From positions 29 to 64,028 of the forward strand of contig JANRKK010000008.1 of NCBI GenBank assembly GCA_033763555.1: 64,000 nt of DNA. The letters run 5' to 3'. Under the pieces are notes generated by a model. The model saw nothing but the letters and a program-made list of their open reading frames with translations, was not told the origin of the DNA and made no database searches. The position numbers and the translations under genes are program-made. How positions within the stretch are numbered: the first letter of the stretch is position 1; each line of letters opens with the position of its first letter. Positions 9,101 through 18,388 of the stretch are shown here, one piece after another. Origin of the DNA: Alphaproteobacteria bacterium. GTDB lineage: Bacteria; Pseudomonadota; Alphaproteobacteria; UBA9219.

Positions 9101-9211
9101 GTTTTCTTCCCCGGCACGGTAGAGCGCGGCCAGTTCCTGCAGGTATTTTTGCGAGTCGAAAGGCATGGCGGGAGATTCGGACAGGGCTTTGGAAAAAGCA
9201 AGATTGGGCAC
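6134..9211 (-). CDS. putA: Bifunctional proline dehydrogenase / P5C dehydrogenase
   Basis: SFDMLGEGART, RLVKGAYWDSE, LENGANSSF, ISPWNFPLAIF, ETGGQN, AGQRCSA, EVFGP; GTG start with GGAGG RBS. Confidence 0.97.
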   Translation of the reverse strand: MPNLAFSKALSESPAMPFDSQKYLQELAALYRAGEENCLEKLFPAAQLSAAERSRAAGRAASWIEEIRRTHKPSASVNDLLSRFGLTSQEGLALMCLAEALLRIPDRTTADALIRDKLSETHWNEALGNDAPWAMNMTGWALSITGKVIQLDDPTKQNPGAAVGKLISRLGQPVIREAIKAAMQWLAGQFVTGETIEHALQNSRPLMAQDMRFSFDMLGEGARTAEDAERYYQSYAQAIEAIGAFQKMQKFARPSGISIKLSALHPRYEITHRERVMREMVPRLVTLCEQAARYDIPVTIDAEEAGRLQLSLKVSDELLNRARLGGWEGLGFAVQAYQKRAPAVIDFITEMGKAYRRRMHIRLVKGAYWDSEVKRAQERGWSDFPTFTRKASTDVSYLACARRILDAGDGIQPVFGTHNAMTVAHILELAKDPSRFEFQKLHGMNDDLYRIMQREGIKSCTYAPVGDHEVLLGYLVRRILENGANSSFVHRMLDRSVSVSQLTTDAVEDVKSYPQLRHPSVRLPADLYAPERRNSAGLDLNDPFVTGPLLEAVGRVTLPAVTELKGDLKEIADKAFRAAQSVHRVWANAPVDVRANCLERLGDLLEENGTELMAILTREGGKTLPDALAELREAVDFCRYYAMRAREDFAVIDLPGPTGERNQMRLAGRGVFVCISPWNFPLAIFLGQIAAALVAGNCVLAKPASQTRAIAVATARLIEKSGIPPHVFQLMVGGGALGAALVAYPDVAGVAFTGSTSTAWGINRTLAAKDRPIVPLIAETGGQNAMIVDSSALPEQVVDDVLTSAFRSAGQRCSAMRILCLPEPTADKIITMLKGAMRELNVGNPAKLETDVGPVIDKGAKDGLMEHVGLLRREAKEICTVELSPECMAGNFVAPQAWEIPSISWLKGEVFGPILHVVRYKPENLGALIAQINATGFGLTGGLHSRIEATVRQVERELHVGNFYVNRSMIGAIVGVQPFGGEGLSGTGPKGGGPHYLPRFAVERVTSNNTTAAGGNASLLMAASE

Positions 9212-9234
9212 GAAAACCTCCCCTTAAAATCCCG

Positions 9235-10005
9235 TCAGGACGCGACGGATTCGAGCCTTTCTTCAGGCTGGGGCGGGTAATAATCCAACAGTCTCTGTCG
9301 CGCAAGCGGAAGGTCGCCGGGCCGGGCGATAAGATGCCGATTTTGCGGATGGGCGAAGACATGGCGGGCGAGAAAATGCCCTGTCAGCTCCAGCCCCTGC
9401 CTTATGTCCTGACTTGTCCACAGGCCACGGCCCGCCAGAAAGCTCGGCAGGGGAAAGAGTTTTTCATGATAGGGCGCGCCCGCTTCCAGCGACACGGCGC
9501 GGCCCGTGCGCGGACTGACATAGGCCAGATTGTCGCTGCCGCCATTGGCGGCGCAGGCGTTGAGATCGAGCCCGTAACCCAAAGCCTGCAACAGTCCCAT
9601 CTCCCACTTTATATAAGAGGGGCCCCAGAGGCCGGGGTCAGGCAAAGCCAGCAGGGCGCAGAGGCCAGCATAGACACCCAGCATCGGCTGGCGTTCCGGC
9701 AGGCTGGCTTCGGTCACGGCGCAGGCGCTGGCGATCAACGCGAGAATTTCCGGTTCATCCAGCCACGCCGCCGGATGCGCATTCAAAAGATCACAACTGT
9801 AATGGCCGAGATGATCTTCCAGCTTGGCGCGCCAGCGCGCCTTGACGCGATTGCCCGGCTGCAAAACGGGTTGCGCGCGCTGCCCCTGCCCGCCCGCCAT
9901 CAACCCCGCATGGCGCCCTTGCGTTTCGGTCAGCAGCATGACGACCGCGGCGTTTTCGCCATGCGGCCGGGCCGATAAAACAATGGCTTCGTCAATCCAT
10001 TCCAT
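9235..10005 (-). CDS. recO: DNA repair protein RecO
   Basis: MEW.DEAIVLSARPHGE, LQPGN, LGYGLDL..CA, YVSPRTGRAVS. Confidence 0.95.
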   Translation of the reverse strand: MEWIDEAIVLSARPHGENAAVVMLLTETQGRHAGLMAGGQGQRAQPVLQPGNRVKARWRAKLEDHLGHYSCDLLNAHPAAWLDEPEILALIASACAVTEASLPERQPMLGVYAGLCALLALPDPGLWGPSYIKWEMGLLQALGYGLDLNACAANGGSDNLAYVSPRTGRAVSLEAGAPYHEKLFPLPSFLAGRGLWTSQDIRQGLELTGHFLARHVFAHPQNRHLIARPGDLPLARQRLLDYYPPQPEERLESVAS

Positions 10006-10161
10006 TGTGTGGATGCTAGGCCATCCGGCGCCATCAGAAAACCTTATTCTTCCCGTCACTTAGACCCGAGTGGCAGGGGGCAAGAGCCTATGGTATGGAG
10101 ATGCCCCGCCTTGGTTTCTGCTTTCCCGCCTCTTCACACATTCTTTCTCAGGGAGACTTCA

Positions 10162-10770
10162 ATGATCCGCTTGCGCTCTTTCCTTTCTCTGGCCGCGCTG
10201 GGCGTGCTGGTTCTTTCCGCCCCCGCGCATGCCGCCGACGCCGCGCCCGCAGCGTCCGGCGCTTACCAGCTGGACAACAGCCATGCGAGCATCACTTTCA
10301 AAATCAATCATCTTGGTTTTTCGCGCTACACAGGCCGCTTCGACAAAATGGAAGGCACACTGAATTTCAACAGCGAAGCGCCGGAAAAAAGCGCGGTTGA
10401 TGTCACTATCTATCCGAACAGCGTCGACACCAACAATGTGAAGCTGGAAGAAGAATTACGCAGCAGCGATAAAGGCTTCGACGTCATCAAGCATCCGCGC
10501 GCGACCTTCCGTTCGACCAAGGTCGAGCGCACCAGCCCGACAACCGGAAAAGTAACAGGTGATTTCACCTTCATGGGTGTCACCCACCCGGTGACGCTGG
10601 ATGTCACCCTGATCGGCAGCGGCGCTCACCCCATGAACAAGAAGCCCGTTATCGGCTTCAGCGCCTCGGGCAGTTTCAAACGTTCGGACTACGGCTATAC
10701 CGCCTTCCTGCCCATGGTCGGCGATGAGGTGAGCCTGCAGATCGAAGCGGAGTTCAACAAGGCGGAGTAA
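10162..10770 (+). CDS. YceI family periplasmic protein
   Basis: Signal peptide; YQLDNSHASITFKINHLGFSRYTGRF; GDFTFMGVTHPVTLDV. Confidence 0.93.
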   Translation: MIRLRSFLSLAALGVLVLSAPAHAADAAPAASGAYQLDNSHASITFKINHLGFSRYTGRFDKMEGTLNFNSEAPEKSAVDVTIYPNSVDTNNVKLEEELRSSDKGFDVIKHPRATFRSTKVERTSPTTGKVTGDFTFMGVTHPVTLDVTLIGSGAHPMNKKPVIGFSASGSFKRSDYGYTAFLPMVGDEVSLQIEAEFNKAE

Positions 10771-10772
10771 CC

Positions 10773-11375
10773 ATGGCGAAGCCCGCTCCTTCCGCCGTTT
10801 ATGACCCTGTCGCCAAGGCATTGCACTGGCTGATTGCGCTGGCCGTTATCGGTATGCTGGCGGTGGGATGGATTATGGTCGGGCTTCCCAACGGACCGGA
10901 AAAATTCGCGCTTTTCCAGTGGCATAAATCCATCGGCATTACCGTTCTGTTGCTGGCCCTGGTGCGGCTGGCCTGGCGTTTGAAACACCCCGCTCCGCTT
11001 CTGCCCTCGACCATGCCGGGTTGGGAAAAATTCGCGGCGCATGCCGGGCATTTTCTTTTGTACGCCCTGATGATCGGCATGCCGCTTGTCGGATGGGTGG
11101 TTGTCTCCACATCGCCCCTGAATTTGCCGACCATGTTTTACGGGTTTTTCCAGTGGCCACATCTGCCTGTCCTGTCGACGCTGGAGAACAGGAAAGAGAT
11201 CAATGACCTCGCCGCATGGGCACATGGAGTTGCCGCATGGATCTTTGTAGCCCTGATTGTGGGGCATGCGGCGGCGGCGTGGAAACACCACCTTATCAAC
11301 CGCGACAATGTGCTGCTGCGCATGATGCCAAAAGCCCTGACCGGATTTCTCAACCGCTTGCGGGGGCAAAAATGA
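10773..11375 (+). CDS. Cytochrome b561 (YceJ-like)
   Basis: LHWLIA, HKSIG, HFLLY, HAAAAWKHH heme ligands; between two yceI genes. Confidence 0.92.
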   Translation: MAKPAPSAVYDPVAKALHWLIALAVIGMLAVGWIMVGLPNGPEKFALFQWHKSIGITVLLLALVRLAWRLKHPAPLLPSTMPGWEKFAAHAGHFLLYALMIGMPLVGWVVVSTSPLNLPTMFYGFFQWPHLPVLSTLENRKEINDLAAWAHGVAAWIFVALIVGHAAAAWKHHLINRDNVLLRMMPKALTGFLNRLRGQK

Positions 11376-11941
11376 AAAAATATCTGGCTGTTTTTCTGGC
11401 CCTTCTTGCTTGCGCCTCTCCGACGCCTAGCTTCGCCAAAAACTGGACGGTCGATTACGCTAACAGCCGCCTGGGCTTCACCGCAACACAGGGCGATAAA
11501 AGCTTTGAAGGATCTTTCAAGAATTTTCAGACCACGATTGATTTCGACCCTGCCAAGCCTGAGGCCGGAAAAATCACCGCCACGATCGACATGATCAGCG
11601 CCGTTGCAGGCAGCGCCGAGCGCGACAGCGCCCTGCCGCAGGCGGACTGGTTCGACACCAAGAAATTCCCGCAGGCGCAATTTGCTTCCACCAGTATCAA
11701 GGCAGCCGGAACCGACAAAAGCGCCGCGCAATGTTTTGAAGCCGAAGGCACGCTCACCATCAAGGGTATCGAGCGCAAGGTGACGCTGCCTTTCTGCCTG
11801 AAACCGGAAGACGACCATACGCGCGCGAAAGGCAAAATTGTTCTGATGCGCAATGATTTCCAGATCGGCCAGGGCCAGTGGGCGAGCGAGGCTTTTGTCA
11901 AAAACGCTGTCACAGTCACCGTGGATATCGCGGCGCGTTAG
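11372..11941 (+). CDS. YceI family protein
   Basis: WTVDYANSRLGF, WFDTKKFPQAQF, GTLTIKG; ATGA overlap. Confidence 0.9.
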   Translation: MKKYLAVFLALLACASPTPSFAKNWTVDYANSRLGFTATQGDKSFEGSFKNFQTTIDFDPAKPEAGKITATIDMISAVAGSAERDSALPQADWFDTKKFPQAQFASTSIKAAGTDKSAAQCFEAEGTLTIKGIERKVTLPFCLKPEDDHTRAKGKIVLMRNDFQIGQGQWASEAFVKNAVTVTVDIAAR

Positions 11942-12076
11942 GGCCTGAAACACCGCAACAACATGGCATTAACCATAGAAATTCCTTCTCATTTGGCTGT
12001 CCGGCTGATAAAAATAAACCTGCTATTCAAGGGCGGGTTTATTAAGGCCGTTCAAAATTCCGGAAAGGTTTAGGAA

Positions 12077-12703
12077 ATGTCTCAAGAGACTGTAACCGTC
12101 ACCGTTCATGTGACGGCTGAAGAATATGAAGCACTGATGGCACATTTCAAGGAAGCGGTAACGCAAGCCATCGTTACGCATAATATTCCGCTTGTGCGCT
12201 CAACCATCAAATTGCATCCCGGCCTGCTGGATGAAGCTTACGGCGACCCCGAAAGCCGCAGCAATTTTGCCCATATGGTTGCCATGCACGGATGCCATGA
12301 GCTTGTCCCGCTTATTCAGGAACAACGGCCGGAGCTTCTGCAAGGCCGAAACCGCCACAACAATACGCCGTTTTCCCTGGCGGTTGCGGGTCATGATGAA
12401 GAAACAGCGCTTGCTTTCTGCGCCGTTGATGACGGCTGTGCAGCACGCGGCAATATATTCAACAGCAATGTCCTGCACATCGCCGCACAACATGGCACAG
12501 ACAAACTGATTCAGGTCATCGCGCAGAAATACCCCAATATGCTGGACGAGCCGAACGATTTGGGTCGGACGCCGCTGGAGGCCGCCAGGTTCTGGAACCG
12601 TTCTTCAGCCGTCGCGACGCTTGAAAGCCTGTTGCCGGAAGCAGAGGTTGAGCGAGGCGAACCAAGACTGCGCCTCGTCGGCGGACAAAAGTTTGCCAGA
12701 TAA
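12077..12703 (+). CDS. Ankyrin repeat protein
   Basis: About four ankyrin-like units: NFAHMVAMHG, NNTPFSLAV, NSNVLHIAAQHG, GRTPLEAA. Confidence 0.8.
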   Translation: MSQETVTVTVHVTAEEYEALMAHFKEAVTQAIVTHNIPLVRSTIKLHPGLLDEAYGDPESRSNFAHMVAMHGCHELVPLIQEQRPELLQGRNRHNNTPFSLAVAGHDEETALAFCAVDDGCAARGNIFNSNVLHIAAQHGTDKLIQVIAQKYPNMLDEPNDLGRTPLEAARFWNRSSAVATLESLLPEAEVERGEPRLRLVGGQKFAR

Positions 12704-12725
12704 GCTTCTTAAAATACGCCTGTTT

Positions 12726-14000
12726 TTAAGCTGCTGATTTTTGCCGGGCGGTTCCTACCGCTCTCTGCCAAACAGCGAACAAATCCTCGGCCAAAACATC
12801 CTGCCAGCTGGCGAGATAGTCGCGGCTGTAGGTGATGGCCGCTTCGCGCATCATCTGATGCAGTGCCGGATCGACGGCGAAACCGCGTAAGGCCCCGGTC
12901 CAATTTTCCACGCCGCTATCGACCACCTGCATCGCAGGCGTATGTTTAAACAATTGTGCAACACCGCTTTGGCGCGAGACCAGAACGGGACAGCCCGAAG
13001 CCATCGCCTCCACCCCCGCCATACTACGGATTTCCACTTCCGACGACAGCGCCAGACCATCGACACTGGCATAGAGCCGTGCCAGTTCATGCGGCGGAAC
13101 AAAACCCGGCAGGCTGACATGCGCGCCGAGGCGCTTCTTCACTTCTTCCGCAGCCGGGCCGACGCCCGCGCAAAGAAAATGCAATGGCACGCCTTCACCG
13201 ATCAGCTTTTCCATTGCACCCGCAAGCGTGTAGATATTCTTGCCGACATCGACGCGACCGACAAACAGCACCAGAATGCGTCCTGGCGGAACGGCATAGT
13301 CACGTTCAACACCCGCGCGGTCGGCACGGTGCGGGCCAAACATATCTTTGTCCACGCCGAGGCGCAAATGATGCACATGCGCCTTGCCGAGAATATTTTC
13401 GGCCAGCTTGTGATCTTCTTCGCGCGTCACCAGCGCCGCGCGACAGAGGCTGACATGGCGCTGTAGCCGCCGCTCCATGCTTTTTTCCTTCCGTTCCGGC
13501 AATTTCCAGGCATCCAGCATTTGGACGCCGAGCCAGCTGCGTCCGAAAATTTTCTCGATCGTCTGGCGCGTAAAAATACGGGTGTAGGACGGCGTATCCG
13601 TGTGAAAGGATGTCACAAGCTGAATGCCGCGCATGCGGCTGACCCGCTCCGCCGTGCGGGCAAAAGCAAAAAACCCGTCGGTGGTATGAATGACATCATA
13701 GGCTGCCAGTTCCCGCGCCAGCGCCGGATGCCAGGGTGATAGATCGGTATGATCGGGCACATAAGGCAAGAATTTCAGTTTTGCCGTGCTGAACACAGGT
13801 GGCAGATGGCGAAAACGCGCGCGCGGGCCCAGCACCTCATCCGGCGCATCGCCGGAAAAATAAACCGTGAGATCAAGCGGCAGATTGCCGGAAGCCGCAG
13901 CGGCGCCCAGACGTTCCCAGCACTTCACATGCCCACCCGCCTGCGGCGAACGGCGCAGGTCGACCAGAACGGCGACACGAAGGGGTGCGGGTGAAGTCAT
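12726..14000 (-). CDS. Glycosyltransferase family 4
   Basis: SFHTD, LFVGRVDVGKN, intact EX7E (EIRSMAGVE)AMASGCPV. Confidence 0.9.
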   Translation of the reverse strand: MTSPAPLRVAVLVDLRRSPQAGGHVKCWERLGAAAASGNLPLDLTVYFSGDAPDEVLGPRARFRHLPPVFSTAKLKFLPYVPDHTDLSPWHPALARELAAYDVIHTTDGFFAFARTAERVSRMRGIQLVTSFHTDTPSYTRIFTRQTIEKIFGRSWLGVQMLDAWKLPERKEKSMERRLQRHVSLCRAALVTREEDHKLAENILGKAHVHHLRLGVDKDMFGPHRADRAGVERDYAVPPGRILVLFVGRVDVGKNIYTLAGAMEKLIGEGVPLHFLCAGVGPAAEEVKKRLGAHVSLPGFVPPHELARLYASVDGLALSSEVEIRSMAGVEAMASGCPVLVSRQSGVAQLFKHTPAMQVVDSGVENWTGALRGFAVDPALHQMMREAAITYSRDYLASWQDVLAEDLFAVWQRAVGTARQKSAA

Positions 14001-14114
14001 GATTTCAGAAATAACTCGTTTTGTGGGTGTGCCGTTATTGTGCAGCGCCCCTAACAAAATTCAAAGCGTTGCGCTGAGATGCTCATACGCCGCTCTATAC
14101 AACCGGGGATGGAA

Positions 14115-14143
14115 TTGACAAGCCAAAAAAGAGTAAATAGTCT
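14115..14143 (+). promoter_or_regulatory. Sigma70-type promoter
   Basis: TTGACA-N17-TAGTCT upstream of the small ORF at 14220. Confidence 0.6.
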
Positions 14144-14219
14144 TTAATCTGAGGTAACGGTATTTCTGGCCTCGTAACGATCTGTGGTTGAAATTGAATC
14201 AATAACAAGGAGGTACGCC

Positions 14220-14402
14220 ATGTCCGGTTTCTTTGATAATCCTCAAAAACGTGTGGAAGGTATTTTTTCACAGCAGGAAGAGAAGCGATTTCCAGGCTTG
14301 CATGACAGGCTAAGAGAGTTTGAAAAAGAAAAATGGGAAGAACCATCCCGTCCTGCCGGAGCTTTGCAGGAAACAGAGGCTCCCGCACTTACCCACCGCT
14401 AA
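14220..14402 (+). CDS. Small (60 aa) charged hypothetical protein
   Basis: Strong AAGGAGGT RBS, own promoter and downstream terminator. Confidence 0.7.
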   Translation: MSGFFDNPQKRVEGIFSQQEEKRFPGLHDRLREFEKEKWEEPSRPAGALQETEAPALTHR

Positions 14403-14420
14403 ACTGAACTGAAGATCGAT

Positions 14421-14454
14421 AAGAGGCTGCCGCATTCCGTGCGGTGGCCTCTTT
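14421..14454 (+). terminator. Intrinsic terminator
   Basis: aagaggctgccgca-ttccg-tgcggtggcctctt followed by T-rich sequence. Confidence 0.7.
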
Positions 14455-14493
14455 GCTTGTCTGGCGGCAGGGTTCCAGTATAGTCCTGCCGTC

Positions 14494-15909
14494 ATGACGC
14501 AAACCATCCACCATTTCGACCCCACCATTCTGCGCGAGTACGATATCCGCGGCACGGTCGGCAAGACCTTGCATATTGCCGATGCGCTGGCGCTGGGACG
14601 CGCCTTCGGCACGGTGGTGGTGCGTAGCGGCGGCACGCATATCATGGTCGGCTATGATGGCCGCACCCATTCGCCCGATTTCGAGGCGGCTTTGGTCGAA
14701 GGGTTGGTGTCCACGGGGCTGCATGTGAACCGCATCGGGCTCGGCCCGACACCGATGCTGTATTTCTCGGTGCATCACACCAACGCCAGCGCCGGAATTA
14801 TGGTGACGGGTTCGCACAACCCGCCTGACCAGAATGGCTTCAAGATGATGATCGCCAAGCATGTGAAAGGCGGCGGGCCCTTCTATGGCGAGGCGATTAA
14901 AAAACTCGGCGTCATGGCAGCGAAAGCCGACTATGTCACCGGCAAGGGCGATGCGAAGAAAACCGATATTCGTGATGTCTATGCCACGCGCCTTGCGCGC
15001 GATTACCAGAGCCCGCGCCCGCTCAAGGTCGTGTGGGATTGCGGCAATGGCGCTGCGGGCGAGATTGCCCGCCGCCTGACAGCCAAACTGCCGGGCGAAC
15101 ACACACTGCTTTTCGCCGATATTGACGGAACCTTCCCCAACCATCACCCCGACCCGACAGTTCCCGAGAATCTGCGCGATCTGCAGGAAGCCGTGCGCAA
15201 AAACGGCGCCGATCTTGGCATCGGTTTCGATGGCGACGGCGATCGCATCGGCGCGGTGGACGGGCAAGGCCGCATCGTCGCGGGTGACCAGCTGCTGGCG
15301 ATTTACGCCACCGATATTCTCAAGGCCTATCCGGGCGCGGCGATTATCGCCGACGTCAAGGCGTCACAAGTGCTGTTCGATCGCATCGGCGAGCTTGGCG
15401 GCAAGCCCATCATGTGGAAAACCGGCCATTCGCATGTGAAGGCCAAGATGGCCGAAACCAAATCGCCTTTCGCCGGGGAGATGAGCGGCCATATTTTCTT
15501 CGCCGATAAATATTATGGCTTTGACGATGCGCTGTATGCGGGCGTGCGATTGCTGTCAGTCGTTGGCAGCTCGGGCAAATCACTGGACAGCTGGCGCGAC
15601 TCCCTGCCCGCCACGATCAGCACGCCGGAAATGCGTTTCGCCGTGGACGAGGCGCGCAAATTCGCGGTGGCCGACGAGGTCAAAAAACGCCTGAAGAAGG
15701 CGGGCGCGCAGGTCATCGATATCGACGGTGTGCGCGTGATGACCGAGGATGGCTGGTGGCTGCTGCGCGCCTCGAACACCCAGGCGGTTCTGGTCGCCCG
15801 TGCCGAGGCGCAGACCGAAGCAGGGCTGGAAAGGCTGAAAGGCCAGCTAAAGGCGCAGCTGAAGGAAAGCGGCATTGACCTGCCGGGTAATCCCGGCGCG
15901 GGACATTAA
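14494..15909 (+). CDS. algC: Phosphomannomutase/phosphoglucomutase
   Basis: REYDIRG, VTGSHNP, FDGDGDR, GEMSGH, RASNT motifs. Confidence 0.93.
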   Translation: MTQTIHHFDPTILREYDIRGTVGKTLHIADALALGRAFGTVVVRSGGTHIMVGYDGRTHSPDFEAALVEGLVSTGLHVNRIGLGPTPMLYFSVHHTNASAGIMVTGSHNPPDQNGFKMMIAKHVKGGGPFYGEAIKKLGVMAAKADYVTGKGDAKKTDIRDVYATRLARDYQSPRPLKVVWDCGNGAAGEIARRLTAKLPGEHTLLFADIDGTFPNHHPDPTVPENLRDLQEAVRKNGADLGIGFDGDGDRIGAVDGQGRIVAGDQLLAIYATDILKAYPGAAIIADVKASQVLFDRIGELGGKPIMWKTGHSHVKAKMAETKSPFAGEMSGHIFFADKYYGFDDALYAGVRLLSVVGSSGKSLDSWRDSLPATISTPEMRFAVDEARKFAVADEVKKRLKKAGAQVIDIDGVRVMTEDGWWLLRASNTQAVLVARAEAQTEAGLERLKGQLKAQLKESGIDLPGNPGAGH

Positions 15910-15928
15910 CGTCTGATTGTCGGTAAAG

Positions 15929-16234
15929 CTAGAGTTTCAAAGCTGTATTATTTTCACGACTTCTACGGCGCAAACAGCCTGCACGATCAATTGCCGATGC
16001 CTGCCATGAAATATTTTCGAGCAGCTTAAGGGCCGCGCAGGCAAAACCAAGCTTTAAAGAAACGTCAGCCACATAACCGGGCACAAAAACCCCACCAACA
16101 GCATCAATGGCCAACAAGGCAGCTGCCGTCACACCAGCATAAACACCGCCTGCATAGAGGCATTCAATTCCACCTTTGGGGGAATTGAAAACTTCCTTAA
16201 CAGCTGTTTTCCAATTTTGAAGAGCATTGCTCAT
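15929..16234 (-). CDS. Small hydrophobic orphan protein
   Basis: 101-aa ORF filling an AT-richer gap; Gly/Ala-rich hydrophobic core. Confidence 0.6.
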   Translation of the reverse strand: MSNALQNWKTAVKEVFNSPKGGIECLYAGGVYAGVTAAALLAIDAVGGVFVPGYVADVSLKLGFACAALKLLENISWQASAIDRAGCLRRRSRENNTALKL

Positions 16235-16334
16235 TTTTATTTATCCCTTTGCCTTAATACCGCCCATTATACACGGCGAAGGCACATGCTTCAAAAACAA
16301 CAATAGTTTCGCGGTTGGTTAACGCAGCTAAGTC

Positions 16335-17006
16335 TCAGTAAAGACCGGGAATTAAACGCGCCGTTTTTTTCGCGTAATTTTTATATTCAGGGAAGGATTT
16401 CGTCAGCACGCGCTCCTCATAATGGATGCGCACCAGCTGCAGGGACAGCTGCGCCGCGACCAGCAACACCGCGCCCACCGACAAAAAGCTGATCATGGCG
16501 CCGATGGTTGCCACTGCCTCAGCGGCATAAAGCGGATGGCGGATAATTTTATAGGGCCCTTTTGTCACCAGTTTGCGGCTTTCCGGCAAAATCGAAAAAG
16601 ACCGTCCCAGATGCGACAGGATATAGACCGCAAAAATATTGCCGCCGATGATCAGAAAGCTGGCGAACAACTGAACGCTGAGTGAAAGATCTGTGCGCTG
16701 ATCGAAAATCAACATACCGGACATCAGGAAACCGCCCAGCAGCGCCGCCGTGGTCGGCCAGATGCCCGCAAATTTGTTGACGGGGCGGAAGCGCAGGACA
16801 TAGACGCAGGCAATCATCATGGTAAAAACGCCGATGGCGAATGTGGAAAGCCCTTGGGCGAAAACATGCGCATCGAACTGGCCGGGCGCGACGCTGTTGA
16901 AATGCGCAAGCGCATTTTTGACATACATGCCCGCCGAAAAAGCGAAGAACAGCGCCAGCACGCCGCGGATGGCAAGATCGATTCGATGGCGGAGAGTGGA
17001 TGTCAT
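16335..17006 (-). CDS. Isoprenylcysteine carboxyl methyltransferase / PEMT family membrane protein
   Basis: LGRSFSILPESRKLVTKGPYKIIRHPLY and RIHYEERVL...Y..Y......LIP. Confidence 0.9.
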   Translation of the reverse strand: MTSTLRHRIDLAIRGVLALFFAFSAGMYVKNALAHFNSVAPGQFDAHVFAQGLSTFAIGVFTMMIACVYVLRFRPVNKFAGIWPTTAALLGGFLMSGMLIFDQRTDLSLSVQLFASFLIIGGNIFAVYILSHLGRSFSILPESRKLVTKGPYKIIRHPLYAAEAVATIGAMISFLSVGAVLLVAAQLSLQLVRIHYEERVLTKSFPEYKNYAKKTARLIPGLY

Positions 17007-17057
17007 GAAGAGGCGGGAAAAGATGCGCGGGATAGCGGGGATTGTCGGGGAATCCCC

Positions 17058-17072
17058 TTAAAACTTGCTTAA
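17058..17072. promoter_or_regulatory. CtrA-type box
   Basis: TTAA-aacttgc-TTAA upstream of the Flp pilins; second imperfect TTCA-N7-TTAA at 17185-17199. Confidence 0.65.
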
Positions 17073-17267
17073 GCGGATAATGATCTGCCAGCCGCATCAA
17101 GCAGATGGTGCGCGATGTTTCAAAATTCGTTCTTGTTTGCTTGCAAACTACCGCGTTGTTTTTACGGGCAAAAACGCTTCTTCCTTCACGATTTCTTAAG
17201 CGCCGTCGGTATAGTCTGGGCCTATTCCTGTTTCGACAGTTTTTGTTCAACACATAAGGAGAGAGCC

Positions 17268-17426
17268 ATGCAGAATATTACACGCTTCCTGACGGAAGAA
17301 AAAGGCGCGACAGCCATTGAATACGGCCTGATCGCTTCGCTGATCGCCGTCGCTATCGTCGGCGTTCTGGTTACCCTGGGCCCAGCTTTGTCGGGCATCT
17401 TCCAGACGGTGCAGAATAACCTCTAA
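17268..17426 (+). CDS. flp: Flp family type IVb pilin (copy 1)
   Basis: EKG/ATAIEYGLIASLIAVAI motif; AAGGAG RBS. Confidence 0.95.
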   Translation: MQNITRFLTEEKGATAIEYGLIASLIAVAIVGVLVTLGPALSGIFQTVQNNL

Positions 17427-17449
17427 TTTAATATAAGAAGGAGGACTTC

Positions 17450-17611
17450 ATGCGTCAGATTCTATCCCGCTTCCGCCAGGAAGACAAAGGCGCGACAGCC
17501 ATCGAATACGGCTTGATCGCCTCGTTGATCGCGGTTGCTATTGTCGGTGTGCTTTTGACATTGGGACCGACTCTGGCCGGGGCCTTCCAAACCGTCCAGA
17601 ACAGTCTCTAG
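17450..17611 (+). CDS. flp: Flp family type IVb pilin (copy 2, absent from ORF track)
   Basis: MRQILSRFRQEDKG/ATAIEYGLIASLIAVAIVGVLLTLGPTLAGAFQTVQNSL; AAGGAGG RBS. Confidence 0.95.
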   Translation: MRQILSRFRQEDKGATAIEYGLIASLIAVAIVGVLLTLGPTLAGAFQTVQNSL

Positions 17612-17704
17612 GCTGAACCTGCTCCGGTCACGAACCGGAGCACGGGAATCCCTCTCCCGAACGGCGCGTCCCGCATGGCGGCGCGCCGTTGGCGTTTCCG
17701 GAGG

Positions 17705-18388
17705 TTAGGGCATCGCCGCGACGAGGCCGCTGACAGCCTGCGAGTCCGACGTAAAGCTGTGATCGACCAAGATGCCGCGCGGCGTCGCTTCGCGACCGTA
17801 AAGCTGCTGGTTCCAGGTTTCACGCGGCGCCACCACCGAACCTTCCAGCGAGACACCCACGAACAAACCTTCCGAACGGGCGAAGGCGTACATATCGGCC
17901 TTTAAATCCATGCCTGTGGCGGCATTGACGCCCTGCCCCAATTCGCCCACAGCGAGCCCGGCATCGGCGCCCAGCGTCACGGCGCGGTTCATGACGGCTT
18001 TGACGCCTTTTTCGGTCATGACAGTGATAATGAGTTCGGACGCCTGGCCGCCGAACTGCAAGCCCCAGCTGATACCGCCGATGGTGTAGAAGGCCGGGTT
18101 GCTCCAGCGGCCATCTTCGCCGCGCACCAGCATGACGGCGTTGCCGCCGCGTCCGCCGAAGAAGAAGGCAGCACGGATCATGTTGGGAACAATGATGATG
18201 GCTTTGGCGCGGGCCGCGAGATCGACAAGGCCGGGATACTGGTTGTCCGACATCATGGTCTGGAAGGTAATGCGGGATTTATCGACCAGCTGTTCGGTCT
18301 CGCTGCCGAACTGGCCGGAACTGCGGCAGCTGGCGAGCGCGAAGACAGCGACGAAAATCAGGGCAAGGCGGGTGCGAATCAGCGGCAT
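17705..18388 (-). CDS. YSC84/SYLF lipid-binding domain lipoprotein
   Basis: Lipobox LASC; GGRGG.AV, WSNPAFY, GLQFGGQ, SEGLFVGVSLEG. Confidence 0.9.
   Translation of the reverse strand: MPLIRTRLALIFVAVFALASCRSSGQFGSETEQLVDKSRITFQTMMSDNQYPGLVDLAARAKAIIIVPNMIRAAFFFGGRGGNAVMLVRGEDGRWSNPAFYTIGGISWGLQFGGQASELIITVMTEKGVKAVMNRAVTLGADAGLAVGELGQGVNAATGMDLKADMYAFARSEGLFVGVSLEGSVVAPRETWNQQLYGREATPRGILVDHSFTSDSQAVSGLVAAMP

Noticed and set aside
10162-11941. yceI-cytochrome b561-yceI trio as a novel system
   Set aside because: Common, already described arrangement
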